The position numbers and the translations under genes are program-made. A stretch of DNA of 17,439 nt from NCBI GenBank assembly GCA_965261975.1, contig CBDHEC010000002.1, forward strand, positions 1 through 17,439, written 5' to 3'. Origin of the DNA: Alphaproteobacteria bacterium (GTDB lineage: Bacteria; Pseudomonadota; Alphaproteobacteria; UBA6615). The first letter of the stretch is position 1; each line of letters opens with the position of its first letter. The notes under the pieces are model-generated. The model was not told the origin of the DNA and ran no database searches. It saw only the letters and a list, made by a program, of their open reading frames with translations. Below, one piece after another: positions 1 through 7,738 of this stretch.

Positions 1-846
1 AAACGCCTGGTCGGAGCGATGGGAATCTCGCGGACCACGACGGATTCCGCCCGCGTCGCGGGCGCGCTGGCCGGCGCAAGCATGGTCGCCACCCTCGGCA
101 TGGCACCGGCCTATACCGCCGTCACGATCCTCTACGCAGTCTCGGTTCTGTTGACGCTCGGCACCGCGCGTCGCGCACAAACCGAGGACGGAAAACCCCA
201 GGGCCTCTCCGCCACACACAACTCGCCGCTCCGCGACATGGTGGATTCCTTCGCCTATGTCTGGCGCACACCGCATTTACTGGCGGCCATGGCCCTCGCG
301 TTGCTGGTCAATCTCTGCGCCTTCCCGCTGATGGGCGGTGTGCTGCCCTATGTGGCGCGTGAAGTATACGGCACCGGACAGACAGGGCTCGGCTATCTCG
401 CCGCGAGCTTCGCCTTCGGCGCCCTGGTCGGTTCGCTCGGCCTTTCGGCCAACCGCCGCGCCATCCGACCGGGCCGCATGATGATCATCTACACATTCGC
501 CTGGTACGCGCTGCTGCTGGTGTTTGCCTGGGTCGACGTGATGGCCGTGGGCATCATCGTGCTGATGCTGGCGGGCCTGTGCCAGACCCTGGCGCTGGTG
601 CCGCTCTCGGTGATGCTGATGCAGAGCTCCGACCCGCGGATGCGCTCAAGGGTGCTGGGCCTGCGGATGCTGGCGATCTACGGCCTGCCCATGGGTCTGC
701 TGGCATCGGGCCCGTTGATCGAGGCCTTCGGCTATGCCGCCACGGCGACCAGCTATGGCGTGTTCGGCGTGATTGCCACCGCGCTCATCGCCTGGCGTTG
801 GCACGCCGATATCTGGCGGGTGGATGCGGTGGCGAACCGGGGGTAA
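1..846 (+). CDS. MFS transporter, C-terminal part (5' end outside the window)
   Basis: The frame is open from base 1 (KRLVGA-MGISR...). It has several hydrophobic helices, an MFS-like central loop (SPLRDMVDSFAYVWRTPHL) and the MFS-type loop SDPRMRSRVLG. Stop is TAA at 844-846. Confidence 0.85.
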   Translation, partial: KRLVGAMGISRTTTDSARVAGALAGASMVATLGMAPAYTAVTILYAVSVLLTLGTARRAQTEDGKPQGLSATHNSPLRDMVDSFAYVWRTPHLLAAMALALLVNLCAFPLMGGVLPYVAREVYGTGQTGLGYLAASFAFGALVGSLGLSANRRAIRPGRMMIIYTFAWYALLLVFAWVDVMAVGIIVLMLAGLCQTLALVPLSVMLMQSSDPRMRSRVLGLRMLAIYGLPMGLLASGPLIEAFGYAATATSYGVFGVIATALIAWRWHADIWRVDAVANRG

Positions 847-871
847 CGCGGCGACCGGCTCAACTACGGCT

Positions 872-1363
872 TCAACAGCCCTTGTAGGCCTTGCGGGCGC
901 ACTCGCGGGCCATTTCCTGCGCTCGTTCGAGCTGGACCTTGGAGAGTTTTCCCACAACCCGGTCTCTGCTTCTGATCGCCGCCCGGTCGAATGACGATGT
1001 GGCGATATTCCACCACATATAGGCATACATGTTGTCGAGCGGGACACCGTTGCCGCTCGAATACATGTCGTCCAGTTTGACCTGGGCGGCGGTGTTCCCC
1101 TGTTCGGCGGCCAGCCTGAACCACCACGCCGCCTCCTTGTAGTTCTGTCGAACACCGTTTCCCTGGCGATACATCTCGCCCAAACTCAGTTGGGCTTCGG
1201 CGACCCCCTGCTCGGCAAGCGGTGTCCACTCGGCCAGGGCGGTTGCGTAGTCCCGCCGTTCGTAGGCGGTTTGACCCTTCTGTAAATCAGCGCTCCAGGA
1301 CAACCCCGTGTTTCCAAGAAACAGGGCCATCGTCAGGCATAAGGTGGCGGTCAGGTTTTTCAT
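872..1363 (-). CDS. Secreted Sel1-like repeat (SLR/TPR) protein, 163 aa
   Basis: ATG at 1363 follows an AAGGGGG Shine-Dalgarno (SD). It starts with a signal-peptide-like segment (MKNLTATLCLTMALFLGNTGLSWS-AD). One canonical Sel1 repeat (AEAQLSLGEMYRQGNGVRQNYKEAAWWFRLAAEQGN) is followed by a degenerate second repeat. The upstream extension in the ORF track (to 1486) looks non-coding. Confidence 0.88.
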   Translation of the reverse strand: MKNLTATLCLTMALFLGNTGLSWSADLQKGQTAYERRDYATALAEWTPLAEQGVAEAQLSLGEMYRQGNGVRQNYKEAAWWFRLAAEQGNTAAQVKLDDMYSSGNGVPLDNMYAYMWWNIATSSFDRAAIRSRDRVVGKLSKVQLERAQEMARECARKAYKGC

Positions 1364-1503
1364 GATAACCCCCTTGCAATGTCCCGATATTCTAGCCCGA
1401 CCACGACAATTTTCACGTATCTCGTGCAGAAAAATTTCGGGCGATGGACATATGGAACTGCAAATCCGGCCAAAATTTGTCCGCATGATGGCCGTTCGGG
1501 CAC

Positions 1504-1527
1504 AAAAAAGCCGCCCGAAGGCAGCTC
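1504..1527 (-). terminator. Rho-independent terminator of tRNA-Glu
   Basis: Minus strand reads G-AGCTGCC-TTCG-GGCGGCT-TTTTT: a stem with a C(UUCG)G tetraloop and a U tract, 15 nt after the tRNA CCA. Confidence 0.85.
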
Positions 1528-1542
1528 ATTCACAACAAAAGT

Positions 1543-1618
1543 TGGTATCCCGTAGGGGAGTCGAACCCCTGTTTCCGGCGTGAGAGGCCAGCGTCCTAGG
1601 CCACTAGACGAACGGGAC
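1543..1618 (-). tRNA. tRNA-Glu (anticodon CTC)
   Basis: 76 nt: GTCCCGTTCGTCTAGTGGCCTAGGACGCTGGCCTCTCACGCCGGAAACAGGGGTTCGACTCCCCTACGGGATACCA. Acceptor stem GTCCCGT/ACGGGAT, anticodon arm CTGGC-CTCTCAC-GCCGG, T-loop GTTCGAC, encoded CCA. Confidence 0.97.
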
Positions 1619-1645
1619 ATCGTGGCATTTCAAAACAGGATCGAC

Positions 1646-1674
1646 GAAATAACCGAAGCGGCCCGTCATTTCAA
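1646..1674 (-). promoter_or_regulatory. Putative sigma70 promoter of tRNA-Glu
   Basis: TTGAAA (1674-1669), 17-nt spacer, TATTTC (1651-1646), 27 nt upstream of the tRNA 5' end. Confidence 0.55.
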
Positions 1675-1706
1675 GCCGATGTTCGCACCGGCGGCCTCGT
1701 GCACGC

Positions 1707-2765
1707 TCAGGCCGCCACGCCGAAATGGCCGCGCACGGCGTCGATGAAACCGTCGACATCGGCGTCCGTGACGCTCCATGGCACGACGAGGCGAATCGTG
1801 CCGTCGCTCCCGACCCGATAAAACCCGAAGCCGTCCGCTTCCAGCTTGTCCAGTGTCGGCAATGGCAGCTTGGCGAAGACGATGTTGGCCTCCGGCGCGC
1901 GCACCAGTTCCGCGCCGTCGATCCTCGATATACCGTCAGCGAGTTTGGCCGCGCCTGCATTGGCCGTGCGCGCGGCCTGCAGCCACGCATCGTCTTGCAG
2001 ATAGCCTTCGAGCTGGGCCGAAACGAAGCGCATTTTCGACACCAGGTGACCGCCACGTTTGCGACGCTCGCCAAATGCGGCCGCAAGGTCCTCGCGGAAA
2101 AAGATCACCGCTTCGGCGGCCATCGCACCGCCCTTCGTGGCGCCGAAGGACAAGACATCCACCCCGCGCCGCCAGGTGGCGTCCGCCGCGCTCACGTCAA
2201 GTGCGGCGAGGGCGTTGGCGAAACGTGCGCCGTCCATGTGCAGCGCCAGGTCGGCTTTCCGCGCGATCTCCGCGATCGCGTCGACATGCGCGGCGCTGTA
2301 GACCGTGCCCGCCTCGCTCTCCTGGGTGATCGTGATCGCCGCCGGCGGCATGTTGTGGACGCCATGAGGCCGCGCGGTCTCGATGGCCGCACGCAGCATC
2401 GCCGGGTCGATCCGGCCGTCGGGACCGTCCACCAGGGTCAGCTTCGCGCCCCCGGTATAGAATTCAGGCGCGCCGCATTCATCCGTGTTGGCGTGGCTCA
2501 CCGGATGGCAGAAGACGGTGCCGAAGGGCGGACACAGCGCCGACAGGGCCAGCGCGTTCGCTGCCGTGCCCGTGGTCACCGGGAAGGCCCAGAGTTCACA
2601 CTCGAAAATATCGCGCAGGCGCGCCGACACACGCTCGGTCCACGGGTCGTTGCCATAGGGCATGGCGCCCGCCGACGCGGCCTCGCTCACCGCCGCGATC
2701 ACTTGCGGCAGCGCGCCGGCCACATTGTCGCTGGCGAAGTTGGCCGGGGCGTTCGCCCTGCTCAT
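1707..2765 (-). CDS. ltaE: Low-specificity L-threonine aldolase (PLP-dependent)
   Basis: Motifs NFASDN, YGNDPWT, TGTAANALAL, DECGAPEF, HMDGARFANA and DVLSFGATKGG (PLP lysine). ATG at 2765 overlaps the upstream TGA (ATGA coupling). Confidence 0.9.
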   Translation of the reverse strand: MSRANAPANFASDNVAGALPQVIAAVSEAASAGAMPYGNDPWTERVSARLRDIFECELWAFPVTTGTAANALALSALCPPFGTVFCHPVSHANTDECGAPEFYTGGAKLTLVDGPDGRIDPAMLRAAIETARPHGVHNMPPAAITITQESEAGTVYSAAHVDAIAEIARKADLALHMDGARFANALAALDVSAADATWRRGVDVLSFGATKGGAMAAEAVIFFREDLAAAFGERRKRGGHLVSKMRFVSAQLEGYLQDDAWLQAARTANAGAAKLADGISRIDGAELVRAPEANIVFAKLPLPTLDKLEADGFGFYRVGSDGTIRLVVPWSVTDADVDGFIDAVRGHFGVAA

Positions 2766-3076
2766 GGCCGAATCTCGGACTGAATCTGGCCGCTCGACAA
2801 TTGAATCACGAACACCCGCCGGCATTCGGGCAGTTCCGCGGGACCGCCGGTTATAACGGTCAGGCGGCCGGCATTGGTGGTCGCCTGCTCGATCACGCAG
2901 GCCGGCGACGGCAGGCCGAGCGATAGCCGGTCCGGTGTCGCTTGGGTATTGTTGCCCCCGGATGCAGCCCCCGGTTCGCCGTCATCATCGAACGCCGTCC
3001 AGATGATGGCGCCAAAAACGACCAGGATGAGGACACCCAGTACGATGACGATCGTGCGTAAAACATGTATGGCCAA
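2762..3076 (-). CDS. Small hypothetical protein with a single N-terminal transmembrane anchor, 104 aa
   Basis: TTG start 5 nt after a GGAGG SD. Hydrophobic helix TIVIVLGVLILVVFGAIIWTAF, a low-complexity linker, then a short beta-rich domain with two Cys. The stop overlaps the ltaE start. Confidence 0.75.
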   Translation of the reverse strand: MAIHVLRTIVIVLGVLILVVFGAIIWTAFDDDGEPGAASGGNNTQATPDRLSLGLPSPACVIEQATTNAGRLTVITGGPAELPECRRVFVIQLSSGQIQSEIRP

Positions 3077-3100
3077 TGGACCCTCCGAACTTCGAAGCGC

Positions 3101-3128
3101 AGTCTAGGGCCGTGACGCAAAAAGACAA
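3101..3128 (-). promoter_or_regulatory. Putative sigma70 promoter for the membrane protein-ltaE unit
   Basis: TTGTCT (3128-3123), 16-nt spacer, TAGACT (3106-3101), just upstream of the GGAGG SD. Confidence 0.45.
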
Positions 3129-3165
3129 CGATACGCAAGGCGACAATCCGGCGGACGATCCCTTC

Positions 3166-4158
3166 ATGGACGAGACCATGCCGGGTGAAGCAACGCTGCA
3201 GGTGGCCGTCGCAGCCGATCAGGCGGGCACCCGGCTCGACCGGTTGCTGGCGGCCACGCTCGAAGACCTGTCGCGTTCGCGCCTGAAGGCGCTGATCGAG
3301 GACGGCCAGGTGCGCCGCGACGGTGAGATCATCCGATCACCCTCGGCCAAGGTAAATTCTGGGGACGCGTTCGAGGTCACGATCCCTGCACCGGTCGATG
3401 CCATCCCGGTCGGGCAGGACATCCCCCTCGACATCCTGTTCGAGGATGACGATCTGATCGTGCTCGACAAGCCCGCTGGCATGGTCGTCCACCCCGCGCC
3501 GGGCAATCCCGACGGCACCCTCGTCAACGCGCTAATCGCCCATTGCGGCGATAGCCTTGCCGGAATCGGTGGCGTGCGACGCCCCGGAATCGTCCACCGG
3601 CTGGACAAGGACACGAGCGGCGTGATGGTTGCCGCCAAGACCGCCGTGGCGCATGCCAATCTCGTCGAGCAATTTTCCGCACGGAGCGTGGACCGGGCCT
3701 ATCATGCATTCGTTTGGGGCCTGGCGACGCCGGCGACAGGCGAGATCGAGGGCGCCATCGGCCGTCACCCCAAGAACCGAAAGAAGATGGCCGTGCGCGA
3801 GACCGGCGGGAAGCACGCATTGACCCGCTACAAGACCCTCGAGGTCTATGGCGACGGATTGGCATCGCTGGTCGAATGCCGTCTGGCGACCGGCCGCACC
3901 CACCAGATCCGGGTGCATTTGAGCCACCGCGGAAACCCGCTTGTGGGCGATCCTCAGTATGGCCGCGCAACGGGGCGGCGCGATGCGGTTTCAGCCCTGG
4001 ATCCGGAGATGAAACGCCAGATTGTTGGATTTTCGCGCCAGGCGCTACACGCGCGCGTCCTGGGATTCGTCCATCCCGTTTCGGGTCAACGTATTGATTT
4101 TAAAACAGAATTGCCCGACGACATGGCACATCTTAAGAAAATATTAGAATCTCTCTAA
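3166..4158 (+). CDS. rluD: RluA-family 23S rRNA pseudouridine synthase (RluD type, with S4 domain)
   Basis: S4 domain (RLDRLLA...SRSRLKALIEDGQV), DKPAGMVVHP, catalytic GIVHRLDKDTSG, TGRTHQIRVH, GDPQYG and RQALHA. The start is uncertain: 3076, 3112 (GTG), 3166 or 3178. Confidence 0.93.
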   Translation: MDETMPGEATLQVAVAADQAGTRLDRLLAATLEDLSRSRLKALIEDGQVRRDGEIIRSPSAKVNSGDAFEVTIPAPVDAIPVGQDIPLDILFEDDDLIVLDKPAGMVVHPAPGNPDGTLVNALIAHCGDSLAGIGGVRRPGIVHRLDKDTSGVMVAAKTAVAHANLVEQFSARSVDRAYHAFVWGLATPATGEIEGAIGRHPKNRKKMAVRETGGKHALTRYKTLEVYGDGLASLVECRLATGRTHQIRVHLSHRGNPLVGDPQYGRATGRRDAVSALDPEMKRQIVGFSRQALHARVLGFVHPVSGQRIDFKTELPDDMAHLKKILESL

Positions 4159-4162
4159 GATA

Positions 4163-4189
4163 TTGTAGTCCGGCACGAAATCACCATAT
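4163..4189 (+). promoter_or_regulatory. Putative sigma32-type promoter upstream of rpoH
   Basis: TTG (4163-4165), 18-nt spacer, CCATAT (4184-4189). This resembles alphaproteobacterial RpoH promoters (CTTG...CC[T/C]ATAT). Confidence 0.4.
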
Positions 4190-4254
4190 TCCTGTGACAG
4201 GCTGACGCCTCGTTCAGCACATTCCATTCGCACGTGCGGATGTTGGGAGATTCA

Positions 4255-5151
4255 ATGATGGCATCACCGGCGCTTCCCTCGCTTACCCCCGACGGCAACC
4301 TGTCGCGCTACCTGCAGGAAATTCGAAAATTTCCCATGCTGGAGCCCGAGCAGGAGTTCATGGCCGCCAAACGCTGGGTCGAGCATGAAGACGTGGACGC
4401 CGCCCACTTGATGGTGACGAGCCACCTTCGACTGGTCGCCAAAATCGCGATGGGTTATCGCGGCTACGGCCTACCCGTCGCCGAACTGATCTCCGAAGGC
4501 AATGTCGGGCTCATGCAGGCCGTCAAGAAATTCGACCCAGATCGGGGCTTCCGCCTGTCGACCTATGCGATGTGGTGGATCCGCGCCGCCATCCAGGAAT
4601 ACATCCTGCACTCCTGGAGCCTCGTCAAAATGGGCACCACGGCGGCACAGAAGAAGCTCTTCTTCAACCTTCGACGCATGAAGGGGCAGCTAAAGGCATT
4701 CGACGAAGGCGATCTTCCGCCAGAGCAGGTCGCGCATATCGCCAAGGAACTGAGTGTCGCCGAGAAGGACGTGGTGATGATGAACCGCCGCCTGGCCGGC
4801 CCCGACGGCTCCCTCAATGCGCCGCTGCGCAAGGATGGGGATGGCGACGGCGAATGGATGGACTGGCTGGTCGATGAATCCGAGTCTCAGGAATCCGAGC
4901 TCGTTGAGCAGGACGAGCTGGAAAACCGGCGCAAGCTCCTGAACCAGGCCATGGAAGGCCTCAATGAGCGTGAGCGCCACATTCTGAACGAGCGCCGTTT
5001 GCGTGAGGACCCCGTTACCCTTGAGGACTTGTCCCAGCAATACGATATCAGCCGCGAACGGGTGCGGCAGATCGAGGTTCGGGCGTTCGAGAAGTTGCAG
5101 AAAGCGATGAAGAACCTGACCATCGAGCAACAGGTCGCCGCGCCGCAATAG
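4255..5151 (+). CDS. rpoH: RNA polymerase sigma-32 factor RpoH
   Basis: RYLQEIRKFPML, region 2 (SHLRLVAKIA...ELISEGNVGLMQAVKKFDPDRGFRLSTYAMWWIRA), RpoH box QKKLFFNLR and region 4 (TLEDLSQQYDISRERVRQIE). GGGAG SD lies before the ATG at 4255 or 4258. Confidence 0.97.
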   Translation: MMASPALPSLTPDGNLSRYLQEIRKFPMLEPEQEFMAAKRWVEHEDVDAAHLMVTSHLRLVAKIAMGYRGYGLPVAELISEGNVGLMQAVKKFDPDRGFRLSTYAMWWIRAAIQEYILHSWSLVKMGTTAAQKKLFFNLRRMKGQLKAFDEGDLPPEQVAHIAKELSVAEKDVVMMNRRLAGPDGSLNAPLRKDGDGDGEWMDWLVDESESQESELVEQDELENRRKLLNQAMEGLNERERHILNERRLREDPVTLEDLSQQYDISRERVRQIEVRAFEKLQKAMKNLTIEQQVAAPQ

Positions 5152-5172
5152 CGCGGGACAAGACTGTCGGGA

Positions 5173-5679
5173 TCAGCTCTTGGATGGCGCCTTGATTCCG
5201 GTGCCCCATTCTTCGACAAGGCGCTGCTGTTCGCGCCGCATCATCTTGATTTTGGTTTCGTTCGTGACCTCGATGTAGACGGCCGCGACCTTGGGCATTC
5301 CCAGGACCAGCAGCCAGCCGATGCCCGCCGTGCCGAACATCACGGCGATGACGAATACGTCGGACAACATCGCCGTCGCGCGCGCCATCATCGGCCCCGC
5401 GACCAGAAGTTCGACAATGAAGGGGGCCACGCCGGCAATATTCGCCGCAGCGACGGCAAGTGTCGCATTTCGGCCCGGCTCGCGATCGATGATGAAGGCG
5501 ACCATCGCCGGGACACAGCCAACGATAAACACCAGCAGGGCCGGCGCGGCGAACAGCATCAGGCCCATGAAGATCACGCCGACGAGCATGAACAGATAGG
5601 CGCCACCGCCTTTCTTTGCAGGCGGTGCCTCCGCCGATTTCGCCGGCGCTGCTTTCGCTTTGTCCTTCGACGAGGCCAT
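5173..5679 (-). CDS. Hypothetical integral membrane protein (about 4 TM), 168 aa
   Basis: ATG at 5679, 4 nt after the TAG of the upstream gene. Basic Ala/Lys/Pro N-tail, four hydrophobic segments and a charged helical C-tail (KIKMMRREQQRLVEEWG). Confidence 0.8.
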   Translation of the reverse strand: MASSKDKAKAAPAKSAEAPPAKKGGGAYLFMLVGVIFMGLMLFAAPALLVFIVGCVPAMVAFIIDREPGRNATLAVAAANIAGVAPFIVELLVAGPMMARATAMLSDVFVIAVMFGTAGIGWLLVLGMPKVAAVYIEVTNETKIKMMRREQQRLVEEWGTGIKAPSKS

Positions 5680-5683
5680 CTCG

Positions 5684-7738
5684 CTATCCAATCCTCGAGA
5701 AAACCAGCGCCGCAATCACGAGCACGCTGATGATGCTGGAAACGTTTGCTGCAATTTGCCGGCCGAGCAGGTTTGCCTGACGTTGAAGACGTTTCTCGTC
5801 GGTCTGCATTCTCGTGATCTCGGCGGCCAGGGCCGCATATCGACGTTCTGCGGCTGCCGCACCGCGTTCATCCCAGCGACGCCTCTTGGCATTGTCGACG
5901 ATCTTGATCAGGTCGCCCAGCCTGCCCTTGGCTGCCGCCTTCTTGGAATCCTTCAGTATCTCCTCACGCAACGTCACATTGCGGAAACTGCTGATCGCAG
6001 GTTGTAATTCTTCGAGGAAAATTTTGAAGAGTTCCTTGGTTACCACCGCACTGTTCTTGCTCTGCACGAAGGCCAACAGCCGCAATTGTGCCGAGTTCTT
6101 TTCCATGTCGCTGGAGGCGCGCGCGTAATCATGCAATTCCCGGTCAATCCGCCCGGTGATGCGCGCGGCCAGAAACGCGGCGATGTGACGGTCAAACAAT
6201 AGTTCGCCGGTCTCGGCATGGCGCTCGATGCATTCCAGCAATTCCCGCGGCTGCAACGGCACACGTCCCTTGAGCGACGGGCTCAGGCACGGCAATGCAG
6301 GGTTCAGTTCATAAACGCATCGCTCGATAGAGAAACCCGGCGCCGTGTCGGCCAGAAATATCGCTGCCTTGTCGACAATCTCCGATGCCGCCAGCATCCA
6401 GGTCTTGGGGCGTGTCTGGCACTCGTGCCAGAAGCTCATCATCTTGCCGAGAACAAGATCGGTATAGTCCGCCGACAGACCCTTGTCCCAGACGGCGATG
6501 ATCGAAGCCGGGCCAATCGCATCCGGCATCACGGCCATCTTGCGAAAGCGTATGGGACCGACCGGATCGAGCTTCGTGATGATCCGCGACAAACGAATAT
6601 CGTCCGTCATTTTTCGCGGCCCCGACGAACCGATCAGTCCACATTCGGAAACATCTTTCGCAAGATCACGATTCTTCAGGTTTCGTTCGATCCACAGCTC
6701 GATGGTGTCGTCGCTGGCCAGCTTAAGGGCCGCATCCCAATCCGACGCCAGGTGGTGCGCCAGCTCACGTGCGGTGTAGGCCATGCGCCCATTGACCTCC
6801 ATCGGCCTGTCCGCGCGTTCTTCGGATACGGGCTGCGACGGATTCACGCGACCACTGTTCACCCAGTTCGACAGGTCGGGGATGGTCCATCTTTCATGCT
6901 CTTCGTCACGGAGCAACGAGCGCACGACGGGCGCGAGATCGGCGTGAAGCTTGTGCTTGCCCAACAGCGCATTGTAGCTGCCATGCGCGACCCGGCGCTG
7001 GAGAAGCTCCTCCTCGTCCATCCCCGCAACGGGATTGAACCCCAGCCCGAGAACCATGATCGTCACACCGAGCGCAAACAGCTCGTCCGACAGGTCACCG
7101 ATCCCGCGACAGATCGGCGGACACATGGCACGCTCGATCGTCTCGAACATCGATGGCTGCTCATAGCCCGGTGGCGCGCTGTAAATCTGGCCCGACACGA
7201 CGGAATCGTCGCTCACCTGTCGATAGAGATTGGTTGGCCGAATATTGCGATGTGTCAGGCGGTCTTCCTGCATCCGCCGGAGCAAATCCAGGATCGGCAT
7301 CAGGAGATCGCGCTTGATCTCGCGAACGGTCCAATACTGGGTTTTCGAATCCATGGTTTGCAGCAACGGCGGCCCGGGGGGCTGCGGCAGGATAATGACA
7401 ATTTCCTCGCGGCCGTCACCGACCCAGTCGACCTGGCCCCAGCGGATGGGCTTCAGGAGCGCTTCGTGCGGAATATCCTTCGCCGCGAGAATGGCCGTGA
7501 GACGCGCCGGGACTTTATGGTCGAGCACCAAGGCATAGAGTTCGCGGTCCGGGTCTTCGGCATCATGGGTCAGATAAGCGCGCGCCGTCGGCGTGGACAG
7601 ATGGGGCAACACGACATCGGGCTGAATCTTGTACCGGCTGGCAAAGACCACCTCTTTCTTGGAATCGGGAGACGGCGGCCGGGTACTTGTCCCTTCCGGC
7701 GCGTGCGGTTCTTCCGCTCTTACTGTCGCGTCACTCAT
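5684..7738 (-). CDS. Ser/Thr protein-kinase-fold protein (predicted pseudokinase) with C-terminal coiled coil and membrane anchor, 684 aa
   Basis: Hanks subdomains are recognisable in order: RYKI (I), HEALL..I.WG (IV), IILPQPPGPPL (V), LTHRNIRPTNLY (VIb), ETIE (VIII), SDELFALGV (IX), LLRDEEHERW (XI). The C-terminal hydrophobic helix is IISVLVIAALVF. Confidence 0.85.
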   Translation of the reverse strand: MSDATVRAEEPHAPEGTSTRPPSPDSKKEVVFASRYKIQPDVVLPHLSTPTARAYLTHDAEDPDRELYALVLDHKVPARLTAILAAKDIPHEALLKPIRWGQVDWVGDGREEIVIILPQPPGPPLLQTMDSKTQYWTVREIKRDLLMPILDLLRRMQEDRLTHRNIRPTNLYRQVSDDSVVSGQIYSAPPGYEQPSMFETIERAMCPPICRGIGDLSDELFALGVTIMVLGLGFNPVAGMDEEELLQRRVAHGSYNALLGKHKLHADLAPVVRSLLRDEEHERWTIPDLSNWVNSGRVNPSQPVSEERADRPMEVNGRMAYTARELAHHLASDWDAALKLASDDTIELWIERNLKNRDLAKDVSECGLIGSSGPRKMTDDIRLSRIITKLDPVGPIRFRKMAVMPDAIGPASIIAVWDKGLSADYTDLVLGKMMSFWHECQTRPKTWMLAASEIVDKAAIFLADTAPGFSIERCVYELNPALPCLSPSLKGRVPLQPRELLECIERHAETGELLFDRHIAAFLAARITGRIDRELHDYARASSDMEKNSAQLRLLAFVQSKNSAVVTKELFKIFLEELQPAISSFRNVTLREEILKDSKKAAAKGRLGDLIKIVDNAKRRRWDERGAAAAERRYAALAAEITRMQTDEKRLQRQANLLGRQIAANVSSIISVLVIAALVFSRIG

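Noticed and set aside
1360-1620. 86-aa ORF overlapping the tRNA
   Set aside because: It is a translation of the tRNA-Glu and terminator sequence.
1626-1674. 8-bp direct repeat CATTTCAA (1626 and 1667)
   Set aside because: Short, only two copies, and one is the predicted -35 element; no evidence of a separate function.
847-1706. Possible prophage or genomic island at tRNA-Glu
   Set aside because: No integrase, transposase or att-like duplication of the tRNA 3' end in the window.
1725-2783. 352-aa + strand ORF opposite ltaE
   Set aside because: Shadow ORF; the minus-strand protein carries all the aldolase motifs.
4144-4158. TTAG...CTAA as a possible CIRCE element before rpoH
   Set aside because: Does not match TTAGCACTC-N9-GAGTGCTAA in sequence or spacing.
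4834-4854. DGDGDGE micro-repeat in RpoH
   Set aside because: A variable acidic loop; the codons differ (GAT GGG GAT GGC GAC GGC), so it is not a slippage tract.
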